Assembly: GCF_036277355.1 (NCBI RefSeq)
Contig: NZ_DASUNC010000017.1
Location: forward strand, 3,873 to 67,872
Direction of reading: 5' to 3'
Origin: Archangium sp.
Lineage (GTDB): Bacteria > Myxococcota > Myxococcia > Myxococcales > Myxococcaceae
DNA length: 64,000 nt
The notes beneath the pieces are model-generated. The model did not search any database and was not told the origin of the DNA. It saw only the letters and a list, made by a program, of their open reading frames with translations. Below are positions 1 through 8,287 of the stretch, in pieces; the first letter of the stretch is position 1; the number at the start of each line of letters is the position of its first letter. The position numbers were made by a program, and so were the translations under genes.

Positions 1-329
1 GACAAGGTGAAGCGCGTGAAGATCTGGGACAGGAGCTGGCCCCAGTTGAAGCCTCCGTGGCGGAAGAAGACGAGGTCCTCCGACTTGACGATCGCGCAGG
101 CCAGCACCGGGTTGGGGGGAAGCACCTCGGCGGGCTCGAGCCGGAACGTGTCCTCCGCCTTGTTCAGCTCCCCGGCCCTCACCCGCATGTAGCTCGTCCG
201 CTCCGGCGTCTGCGCCACCAGGGGCGAGACGTCCGGGACCGTCCGCGAGAGGATGAAGACGTAGACGGCGAAGCCCCCCAGGACGCAGAGGCTCGCGGTG
301 GAGAAGGGACGGCGGATTCGAGCGGACAT
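1..329 (-). CDS. Peptidoglycan glycosyltransferase (GT51 transglycosylase domain; monofunctional MtgA-like or N-terminus of a class A PBP), 5'-partial: the gene runs off the window edge
   Basis: Minus-strand translation from ATG at ~329: MSARIRRPFSTASLCVLGGFAVYVFILSR...LPPNPVLACAIVKSEDLVFFRHGGFNWGQL. It has an N-terminal TM anchor followed by the GT51 motif (IP..L..A.IA.ED..F..H.G.D). Not in the ORF track because it has no stop in the window. Confidence 0.6.
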   Translation of the reverse strand, partial: MSARIRRPFSTASLCVLGGFAVYVFILSRTVPDVSPLVAQTPERTSYMRVRAGELNKAEDTFRLEPAEVLPPNPVLACAIVKSEDLVFFRHGGFNWGQLLSQIFTRFTL

Positions 330-390
330 GGGCACCCAGGATAGCGCGGCCCTGGTGTCTCGTGGCCCGGCGATTGGGGCCGGCCCGGGC

Positions 391-2208
391 TCAGCGGTAG
401 CGCGAGGCCTGGAGCTCGTACATCGTCGCGTAGCGCCCCCCGCGCGCGAGGAGCGCCTCGTGAGCCCCCTCCTCGACGATCTTCCCGCCCGTCAGCACAA
501 GGATGCGATCCGCCATCCTCACCGTCGAGAAACGATGGGAGATGAGGACGGCCATCTTGCCCGTGGCCAGCTCCCCGAAGCGCTCGAACACCTCGAGCTC
601 GGCCTGGGCGTCGAGCGCCGCGGTCGGCTCGTCCAGGATGAGCAGCTGCGCATCCCGCATGTAGGCGCGCGCCAGGGCGATCTTCTGCCACTCCCCACCC
701 GACAGCTCCACGCCCCCGTCGAAGCGCCGGCCGAGCACCTGGTCATACCCTCGCGGCAGACGATCAATCACCGGATGGGCGAGGCTCTTGCGCGCCGCCT
801 CCGTGATGAGCGCCCGATCCTCGAGCTGTTCAATCTGGCCGATGGCGATGTTGGTCGACGCCGACATGTCGTAGCGGCCGAAGTCCTGGAAGACGACGCC
901 CATCTGACGGGCCAGGTCCTCGATGTCGTACTCCCGCAGGTCCACGCCATCGAGCAGGATCTGCCCGGACGTCGGATCATAGAGCCGCATCATCAGCTTC
1001 ACGATGGTGGTCTTGCCCTGCCCGTTCTCGCCGATGAGGGCGAGCCGCTCGCCCGGGGCCAGCCGGAAGCTCACCCCCTGGAGCACGGGCTCGGAGCGCC
1101 CCGGGTAGCAGAAGGTGACGTCGCGGAACTCGAAGCCCTGGCGGATCGGACGGGGGACCTCGAGGGCCTTCGTGCCCGAGCGGACGGTGGGCTCCATGGC
1201 GAAGAAGGCGAGCACATCGCTGATGTAGAGCGACTGCTCGGCCACGCTCACCGCGGTCCCGAGGAGATCCTGGAACGTGCGGTTCGCGCTGGCGATCGCG
1301 CCGGCCAGGAACGTGAGCCCGCCCACGCTCACCTCGCCGCGCGTGGCCTTGTACACGACGAACGCGTACGCGCCGTAGTAGCCGAGCGCGCCCACCACCG
1401 ACAGCAGCGACAGGCCGGGGAACGAGCGGCGCCACAGCCGCACCACGTCGTCGAGGATCTCCCCGGAGACCAGCTCGTAGCGGCGCATGAGGAAGGGGCT
1501 CAGGCCGAACATCTTGAGCTCCTTCGCGCTCTCCTTGCTGGCCCCCAGTTGGCGCAGGTAGTCCAGCTCGCGCCGCCTGGGCGTGTTGCGGAAGTTCAAG
1601 GCATACAGCCTGGCGCCGAAGCGCGCCTGGGCCACCGCCGCCGGCACCAGGCAGAGGATGATGTTCAGGAGGATCCACGGGGAGAACACGAGGATTCCAG
1701 CGCACAGGCCCAGCGCCGTGACGAGCTGCTGCAGGAAGCGGGCAATGCCCTCGATCATGGCGAGCCGATCGGTGGCCTGCACGCGCGCCCGCTCCAGGCG
1801 ATCATGGAAGGCGGGATCCTCGTACGTTCCGAGGTCGAGCCGCGAGGCATGCTTCATCAGCCGGAGGCTGATGTGGCGGGTGTACTTCTCGGCGAGCACG
1901 GCGTTGAAGTACTGGAGGGCGCGGGTGAGGATGCCGCCCGCCGCGGCGAGCGAGAACTCCAGCCCGACGAGCATCCAGAGCCGCCGGGACATGCCCTGCT
2001 GGATCGCCGATTCGGTCACCACGCAGTCGATGATCCGGCCCGCGACGCCCAGCAGGAGCACGGGGATCAGCGCCGCGATGATCCGCAGCGTGAGATTGGC
2101 CAGCACCGCCGAGGGCGAGGCCTCCCAGACGATGCGCAGCAGGGGCGGGATGTTCTTGAGTGCCGCGCTCCTGCGTTGCGGCTTCGGCTTGTTGTCGGAC
2201 GCTTCCAT
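391..2208 (-). CDS. ABC transporter, fused permease/ATP-binding subunit (MsbA/lipid-exporter type)
   Basis: Six-TM N-terminal half plus an NBD with Walker A GENGQGKTT, signature LSGGEWQKIALARA and Walker B LLILDEPTAALD. Start moved from track 2406 to the ATG at 2208 (MEASDNKPKPQRR...); the upstream extension is Arg/Gly-rich junk. Confidence 0.85.
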   Translation of the reverse strand: MEASDNKPKPQRRSAALKNIPPLLRIVWEASPSAVLANLTLRIIAALIPVLLLGVAGRIIDCVVTESAIQQGMSRRLWMLVGLEFSLAAAGGILTRALQYFNAVLAEKYTRHISLRLMKHASRLDLGTYEDPAFHDRLERARVQATDRLAMIEGIARFLQQLVTALGLCAGILVFSPWILLNIILCLVPAAVAQARFGARLYALNFRNTPRRRELDYLRQLGASKESAKELKMFGLSPFLMRRYELVSGEILDDVVRLWRRSFPGLSLLSVVGALGYYGAYAFVVYKATRGEVSVGGLTFLAGAIASANRTFQDLLGTAVSVAEQSLYISDVLAFFAMEPTVRSGTKALEVPRPIRQGFEFRDVTFCYPGRSEPVLQGVSFRLAPGERLALIGENGQGKTTIVKLMMRLYDPTSGQILLDGVDLREYDIEDLARQMGVVFQDFGRYDMSASTNIAIGQIEQLEDRALITEAARKSLAHPVIDRLPRGYDQVLGRRFDGGVELSGGEWQKIALARAYMRDAQLLILDEPTAALDAQAELEVFERFGELATGKMAVLISHRFSTVRMADRILVLTGGKIVEEGAHEALLARGGRYATMYELQASRYR

Positions 2209-2396
2209 CACGCTCCCTCGCGCCATGAGTATCAGATCAGCCCGCGGCCTCCCATCCCGGTCATGGCGCCAGCATGACGCGCCGCGGCCGGCCGGGCGCC
2301 AGAAGCGCGACGGGCCCTCTCGCCAGATGGCGCGGGCTCTGGCACATTTCCCGCCTCCCTGTTGCAACAGCAACCCCGATTCCGCGAGCCGAACCC

Positions 2397-4001
2397 ATGA
2401 CGTCACAGCCCCTGTACCGACTGGCCGACCCGGCCTTCGCCGAACCCCTCGTGAATGGCTGGGCGGCGTGGTGGCTGAACGTGGCCCCCGTTCCCGCCTG
2501 CCTCCATGTCCACGGGTACCAGATTCCCCTCCTCCGGGCGTATCTGCAGAGCCCCGACTTCCACTTCAAGGCGGCGAGGGATCGCGCCCTGAGCGGCAGC
2601 TCCTTCGTGGACGTGCCGCCCGCTCGCGCCGGTGAGGTGAAGGCGCTGCTGCAGAAGATGCAGGCGGATCAGGCGGACTGCATCAAGCTGGCCGAGGCCC
2701 ATGAGGAGTTCCAGGGCTGGTTGCTGACGGAGGCCCGGGGCCAGTCGCTGGAGCCGTTGTACGAAAAGCTGCCCGAGCCGCTCAAGGGACGGGTGGAGCT
2801 GCTCTACGACTACAACAACCGGCCCTTCGTGCGCTTCATGGAGGGGATGTTCTACCGGAGCCGCTACTACAAGCGGGAGCTCCAATCGCTGCGCCTGGGC
2901 CTGCTGCCCTCGGACTCGGCGCGCTCCACCTTCCTCACCACGCCGCGGCTGCCGGAGCCGGGGCAGCTCGACTGGCAGGTGCCCTTCGACGACGAGCGTC
3001 TGGACAAGCTCTTCCAGATGGACCTGGAGCCCCGGCCGCTGGGCTACGTGCGCGATCTGCTCGGCCCCGCGGCGAAGAGCGACGAGGAGGTGCTGCCATT
3101 GCTCTCCGGCGCGCCGCTTCCGCCTCCCGCCGCCCCGTGGGAGGGCCCCAAGCCCCGCGTGCGCTACCTGGGCCATGCCAGCGTGCTCATCGAGTGGAAG
3201 GGCGTCTCCATCCTGGTGGATCCGGTGATCAGCTCCCGCCCCATCGCCGAGGGCCCGCCGCGCGTCACCTTCCAGCAGTTGCCGCCGCGCATCGACTACG
3301 TGCTCATCACCCACAACCACCCGGATCACCTGGACTTCGAGACGCTGCTGCGGTTGCGGCACCGGATCGGCCATCTGGTGATGCCGCGCGCCAGCGGCCT
3401 GCTGGTGGGCGACTTCAACCCCCGCTTCCTGGGCCTCGCGCTCGGCATCCGGAGCGTGCACGCGCTCGACACCTATGAGTCGCTGCCCCTGCCGGACGGG
3501 GAGATCCTCGCCACGCCCTTCCTCGGCGAGCACGGAGACCTGGGCCACTCCAAGTCCAGCTGGCTCATCCGGGCGGGCCAGGAGAAGCTCCTCCTCGTCG
3601 CCGACTCCATGTGCGTGGATGACACCCTCTACCGTCACCTGCGCCAGGACCTTGGAGACATCCAGACGGTCTTCATGAACACGGAGATCGAGGGGGCTCC
3701 GCACACCTGGACGATGGAGGCGCTCTTCCCGAAGAAGCGGGACCGCAAGATGGAGAAGAACCGGCGCTGCCGTGGCAGTACGCGCGCCGAGGGGCTGCGG
3801 TTGCTGGAGCTGGTGGGCGCCCGGAGGCTCTACAACTACGCCATGGGCCTGGAGCCCTGGATGGAGCGCATCATCGGCCCCGCCGCCACGGCGGAGACGC
3901 CCCGCATGAAGGAGTCCGACCTGTTGCTGGCCGAGTTCCGCTCACGCGGGGGGACCGCCGAGCGGCTGTACGGTGCCACCGAGCTCCAGCTCGGCGGCTG
4001 A
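2397..4001 (+). CDS. Two-domain protein: unknown N-terminal domain + C-terminal MBL-fold metallo-hydrolase
   Basis: ITHNHPDHLD (HxHxDH zinc motif) and RYLGHASVLIEWKG..ILVDPV are typical of the metallo-beta-lactamase fold. Start chosen at MTSQPLYRLADP (2397) rather than the track's 2274, whose extension is Arg/Pro-rich. Confidence 0.6.
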   Translation: MTSQPLYRLADPAFAEPLVNGWAAWWLNVAPVPACLHVHGYQIPLLRAYLQSPDFHFKAARDRALSGSSFVDVPPARAGEVKALLQKMQADQADCIKLAEAHEEFQGWLLTEARGQSLEPLYEKLPEPLKGRVELLYDYNNRPFVRFMEGMFYRSRYYKRELQSLRLGLLPSDSARSTFLTTPRLPEPGQLDWQVPFDDERLDKLFQMDLEPRPLGYVRDLLGPAAKSDEEVLPLLSGAPLPPPAAPWEGPKPRVRYLGHASVLIEWKGVSILVDPVISSRPIAEGPPRVTFQQLPPRIDYVLITHNHPDHLDFETLLRLRHRIGHLVMPRASGLLVGDFNPRFLGLALGIRSVHALDTYESLPLPDGEILATPFLGEHGDLGHSKSSWLIRAGQEKLLLVADSMCVDDTLYRHLRQDLGDIQTVFMNTEIEGAPHTWTMEALFPKKRDRKMEKNRRCRGSTRAEGLRLLELVGARRLYNYAMGLEPWMERIIGPAATAETPRMKESDLLLAEFRSRGGTAERLYGATELQLGG

Positions 4002-4236
4002 GTCAGACCATCCTTCCCCGGTAACGCCGGGCCGCTCCCCGGGATGCCTCGGGCTCCAGGGAGCGGTCACCAGGCAGCCGTCCGAGCCCTGGCCACTGCC
4101 CGTGTGTCTGGCATCCACTCCAGGGTCGTACGTAGGGCCCCAGGCGCGTTCCGGCCAGGTGGGGACTACTTTGCCATTCCGCTGATGTCTCAGTGGAACG
4201 GGGCTTGTGGCCCAGGCCCGGGGGAGGAAATACGGA

Positions 4237-7200
4237 GTGAACCTCGAGACACATCGGTCCACGAGCCCACCTGCCTCCCTGGCGGACCTGTTGGATTCCC
4301 GGCGGGAGGAGATCACCCGCCAGTGGCTCGAGCGGCTGCACGCCGGCCCGTCCCCCGGGCTCCCGAGCCGGGCCGCCCTGGAGGACCACATCGGGGACTA
4401 CCTCCGGCAGTTGGCCACGGTGTTGCGCCGCACCGGAGGCAGTGAAGCCGCCGCCGTACCGGACCAGAGCGCCGAGGCCCGGGTCCACGGTGGCCAGCGC
4501 CTGAGTCAGGGGTTCGAGCTCCCCGCGGTGGTGCGGGAGTATGGCGTCCTGCAGGACTGCATCCTCGAGCAGGCGAGACAGGCGGGCGTCCCCTTCTCCT
4601 TCACCGAAGTGCAGCACCTGGTCTCCTTCATCGTCACCGGCATCGCCGAGGCGGTGGACGCGTACACCGTCCAGCGCGACGAGCTGCAGCGGCAGAACGA
4701 GCGCACCGCGCAAAAGGAGGAGGAGGCCACGCGCGCCCGGCTGCTGAGGGAGTCCGAGGCGCAGCGCGAGCGCCTGGCGGCCCTCTTCCAGGAAGCGCCC
4801 GCGCTCATCTTCGTGCTGGAGGGCCCCGAGCACATCCTCACCCTGGCCAATCCGCGCCTCCAGCAGGCCATCGGCGTGCGGGAGATATTGGGCAAGCCCC
4901 TGCGCGAGGCCCTGCCGGAGCTGGAGGATCAGGGCTTCCGCGTGCTGCTCGACAACGTCTACCGCACGGGCGAGCCGGCCGTGGGCCACGAGGTGCGTGT
5001 CTGGGTCTACCGCAACGGCGGCCCCCCGGTGGAGTGCTTCTTCAACTTCGTCTACGCGCCCAACCGGGGCGCGGATGGGCGGGTGGAAGGCGTCTTCGTG
5101 CACGCGGTGGAGGTGACGGAGCTGGTGCGCGAGCGCCAGAAGACGGAGGAGGCCCTGGCGCTGCTGGACACCCTGCTCACCACCGCGCCGGTGGGGCTGT
5201 CCTTCATGGATCGCGATCTGCGCTACGTGCGCGTCAACCAGATGCTGGCGGACATCATCGGCGCTCCCATCGAGAACGTCCTGGGCCACGGGGTGAAGGA
5301 GGTCGTCCCCGGACTGGCCACCCAGCTCGGGCCCATGCGCCGCCAGGTGCTGGAGACGGGACAGGCGGTGCTCGGCCAGGAGGTGACGGGCACCACCCCC
5401 GCGACGGGCGGGGAGATCCACCACTGGCTCATCAACCACGCCCCGGTGCGCAACCGCGCCGGCGAGGTCTTCCTCGTGGCCAGCGCGGTGCTGGACATCA
5501 CCGAGCGCAAGCGCGCCGAGAGCGCCACCGAGGAGCGCTTCCGCCTGCTGGTGGAGGGCGTGGAGGACTACGCCATCTTCATGTTGGATCCCGAGGGCCG
5601 GGTGGCCAGCTGGAATCCGGGCGCCGAGCGCATCAAGGGCTGGAAGGCGGAGGAGGTGATCGGCCATCCCATCTCCCTCTTCTACCTGCCCGGGGACGTC
5701 ATGGCCGGGGTGCCCGAGGAGTCGCTGCGCATCGCCGCCTCCGAGGGGCAGTACCGCACGGAGGCCGTGCTCGTGCGCAAGGACGGCACCCGCTTCTGGG
5801 CGGACGTGCTCATCAGCGCCCTGCGGGACGAGCGCGGCGGCCTGCGCGGGTTCGCGAAGATCACCCGCGACATCTCGCCGCGGCGGCAGGCCGAGGAGGT
5901 GCTGCGCGCGACGACGCGGCGGCTCGAGGCGATCCTCGAGACGGCGGTGGACGGCATCCTCACCATCGACGAGCAGGGCGCCATCCAGAGCGTCAACCCG
6001 GCCACGGTGCGCATCTTCGGCTACGCGCCCGAGGAGCTGATCGGCCGGGACATGCGCCACCTGGTGCCCGAGCCCCAGCAGCGCAGGAACCTCGGCACGG
6101 GGGTGCGCAAGCTCATCGGCATCGGGCGCGAGGTGTACGGCCGGCGCAAGGACGGGCTCGTCTTCCCGCTGGAGCTCTCCGTCAGCGAGACGCTGCTGCC
6201 CCAGGGGCGCTTCTTCACCTGCATCGTGCGCGACATCACCGCCCGCAAGCGCGCCGAGGAGGCCCAGGCCCTGTTCGTCGAGATGGGCACCCTGCTGTCC
6301 CAGTCCCTCGACGTGCACACCACCCTGAAGAGCCTCGCCTCGCTGGTGGTGTCACACCTGGCGGACTACTGCATGGTGGATCTGCTGAGCGAGGACGGAC
6401 AGCTGCTCCGGTTGGAGCTGACGGCCCGGGACGCGGATCGTCAGGCCCTGCTGCACCACACGATGATGTACCCGCCCCACCTGGGACATGGGGGCGTCAT
6501 GCAGCAGCTGCTCAACACCGGCGTGCCCCTGGCCGAGCCGGACGTCACCCCCGAGTGGTTGGACTCCGTCGCCCGCAGCGAGGAGCACCGGGCCCTGCTG
6601 GAGGCGCTCTCGCTCAAGTCGGTGATCCTCGTGCCCCTGGTGGCGAGGGACCGGAAGCTCGGCATCATCTCCTTCGCGTGGAACCGGTTCCGCCCCACGT
6701 GCACCTCGACGGACCTGGAGGTGGCCCGGGGCGTGGCCGATCGCGCGGCCATGGCGCTCGACAACGCGCGGCTCTACCAGCAGGCGCAGGCGGCCATCCA
6801 GGAGCGCGAGGATCTGGTGGCCATCGTCAGTCACGATCTGCGCACGCCGCTCAACGCCATCGCCCTGTCCGCCACCACGCTGCTCAAACGCGAGGACGTG
6901 GACGAGCGCACCTCGAAGGCGGCGCAGCGCATCCACAGCTCGGCGGACCGGGCCAGCCGGATGATCCGGGATCTGCTCGACTTCAACCAGGCGCGGATGC
7001 GGGGCATCCCCGTGCACCGCGAGCCGCTGAACCTCCACGAGCACGTCCGGCGGGTGGTGACGGAGGTGCGGCTGGCCTGGCCCAACCGGCGCATCTCCTT
7101 CCAGGCCAGTGGAGACGGCTGGGGTGAGTGGGATGGGGATCGGCTGGCCCAGGTGGTCACCAACCTGGTGGGCAACGCGCTCCAGCACAGCCCCCGGGAC

Positions 7201-7491
7201 ACGCCCGTGCGGGTGTCCACCCGGAGCGAGGGCGAGGACGTGCTGCTCGAGGTCCACAACGAGGGGAATCCGATCTCCCCCGAGGTGCTCCCGGGACTCT
7301 TCGAGCCCTACCAGCGGGGACCGGAGGCGGGGGCGCGCCAGGGGAGCCTGGGACTGGGCCTCTTCATCACCCGGCAGATCGTCCTGGGCCACGGAGGCAC
7401 CATCGACGTGAGCTCCACGGACGAGGAAGGCACCACCTTCACCGTGCGCCTGCCGAGGCGCCTGGCGGTTCAGGACCAGTTGATGTCGTAG
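4237..7491 (+). CDS. Cytoplasmic multi-sensor histidine kinase (RsbRD-N-like domain, several PAS/PAC, GAF, HisKA, HATPase_c)
   Basis: N-terminus LADLLDSRREEITRQWLERL; repeated PAS/PAC-like blocks (e.g. FRLLVEGVEDYAIFMLDPEGRV..WNPGAERIKGW); H-box SHDLRTPLNAI; N/G boxes GNALQHS, GLGLGLFI. GTG start at 4237 follows the GGAGG RBS; the track starts at the upstream GTG 4207. Confidence 0.85.
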   Translation: MNLETHRSTSPPASLADLLDSRREEITRQWLERLHAGPSPGLPSRAALEDHIGDYLRQLATVLRRTGGSEAAAVPDQSAEARVHGGQRLSQGFELPAVVREYGVLQDCILEQARQAGVPFSFTEVQHLVSFIVTGIAEAVDAYTVQRDELQRQNERTAQKEEEATRARLLRESEAQRERLAALFQEAPALIFVLEGPEHILTLANPRLQQAIGVREILGKPLREALPELEDQGFRVLLDNVYRTGEPAVGHEVRVWVYRNGGPPVECFFNFVYAPNRGADGRVEGVFVHAVEVTELVRERQKTEEALALLDTLLTTAPVGLSFMDRDLRYVRVNQMLADIIGAPIENVLGHGVKEVVPGLATQLGPMRRQVLETGQAVLGQEVTGTTPATGGEIHHWLINHAPVRNRAGEVFLVASAVLDITERKRAESATEERFRLLVEGVEDYAIFMLDPEGRVASWNPGAERIKGWKAEEVIGHPISLFYLPGDVMAGVPEESLRIAASEGQYRTEAVLVRKDGTRFWADVLISALRDERGGLRGFAKITRDISPRRQAEEVLRATTRRLEAILETAVDGILTIDEQGAIQSVNPATVRIFGYAPEELIGRDMRHLVPEPQQRRNLGTGVRKLIGIGREVYGRRKDGLVFPLELSVSETLLPQGRFFTCIVRDITARKRAEEAQALFVEMGTLLSQSLDVHTTLKSLASLVVSHLADYCMVDLLSEDGQLLRLELTARDADRQALLHHTMMYPPHLGHGGVMQQLLNTGVPLAEPDVTPEWLDSVARSEEHRALLEALSLKSVILVPLVARDRKLGIISFAWNRFRPTCTSTDLEVARGVADRAAMALDNARLYQQAQAAIQEREDLVAIVSHDLRTPLNAIALSATTLLKREDVDERTSKAAQRIHSSADRASRMIRDLLDFNQARMRGIPVHREPLNLHEHVRRVVTEVRLAWPNRRISFQASGDGWGEWDGDRLAQVVTNLVGNALQHSPRDTPVRVSTRSEGEDVLLEVHNEGNPISPEVLPGLFEPYQRGPEAGARQGSLGLGLFITRQIVLGHGGTIDVSSTDEEGTTFTVRLPRRLAVQDQLMS

Positions 7492-8069
7492 TCCACGTCG
7501 AGCGGGGAGATGCGGTGGCCGCGCACCTGGACACCGGAGACGCCGGAGCGCTCCACGACGGCGGTGAGGGTGCCCTCGATGTAGTTCATGGGCAGGAAGT
7601 CACGGCGCGCGAGCATGCGCGCCTGCTTGTCGCCGAGCCGCTCGACGGTGCGCTCGCCATAGCTCAGCGCGGCGCGGCAGGCGTTGGGGAAGGCGGAGAG
7701 GAGCCGGTGCGGATCATTGCCGGCGAGGGCCACCATGGTCTTGCCCACGGTGGAGTTGAGGAAGTCCTCGGTGGCGCGGCGGCCGAGCCGGCGGAGGACG
7801 GCATCCCTGCCGCCCAGCCTGGGGCCGAGCACGTCCGCGGCGGTGTAGATGGCCTTGAGCAGATCGCCGACCGGGTAGCTGCGGAAGTCGACGTACTTCT
7901 TCTCGCCGGCGGCCGTGATGCACTTCGCGCGGGCCTCCTCGCCGCCCAGAGCGCGCGCCGCATCGAACAGGCCGTTGAAGAACATGCCGCGGGCGGTATC
8001 CGCGGGGGTGGCCAGCGAGAGCAGATGTTCCAGTCCGGGGGCGGGAATGGAGGTAGTAGGCAGGGGCAC
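7470..8069 (-). CDS. DUF2378 / TIGR02265 family protein (Myxococcus paralogous family)
   Basis: DTARGMFFNGLFDAARALG..KKYVDFRSYPVGDLL matches the N-terminal signature of the myxobacterial TIGR02265 family. GTG start at 8069 (the track's 8117 extension is Arg/Ser-rich). It converges on and overlaps the HK stop by 22 nt. Confidence 0.6.
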   Translation of the reverse strand: MPLPTTSIPAPGLEHLLSLATPADTARGMFFNGLFDAARALGGEEARAKCITAAGEKKYVDFRSYPVGDLLKAIYTAADVLGPRLGGRDAVLRRLGRRATEDFLNSTVGKTMVALAGNDPHRLLSAFPNACRAALSYGERTVERLGDKQARMLARRDFLPMNYIEGTLTAVVERSGVSGVQVRGHRISPLDVDYDINWS

Positions 8070-8287
8070 GGTGGGGGGACTCCAGGAACTTGTCCGGCGG
8101 CGCCCATTAGAGCGCAAAACGCGGCGCTGACCACCTATCGCGTCGTCAGACCCGCTCAGGACCCATCACTCCACCTTCACGCCGCCTGAATTCCGGGATT
8201 TCGCGGCGGCGCTACAGCGCTGTAGCGCGCCCACCGGGCCGATGGGGGCACCGGTGGGCGCGGATCAGGCGCGAGTGGGAGGAGCGC

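Noticed and set aside
391-2406. N-terminal extensions of track ORFs (ABC exporter to 2406, Gcr-like to 10660, FAH to 27273, rtcA to 52476, trpS to 63807, M48 to 44921, RCC1 to 35498, MBL to 2274)
   Set aside because: The extensions are Arg/Gly/Pro-rich, overlap neighbouring genes, and precede internal ATGs. Where checked (rtcA, trpS, M48, DUF2378 at 28705) those internal ATGs have better SD sequences. Family-typical N-termini begin at the internal start.
4003-6318. 771-aa minus-strand ORF and similar long ORFs (11713-14091, 15689-17287, 17184-19559, 19800-21965, 20209-24987, 33450-35213, 36300-38501, 38474-42013, 41959-45255, 54272-56410, 56277-60035, 58478-61072, 61438-63588)
   Set aside because: All are antisense to genes with unambiguous motifs (HK, GMC, AAA+, P450, TrpRS etc.). 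Their translations are Arg/Gly/Ala/Pro-rich low complexity, as expected for stop-codon-poor frames in ~70% GC DNA.
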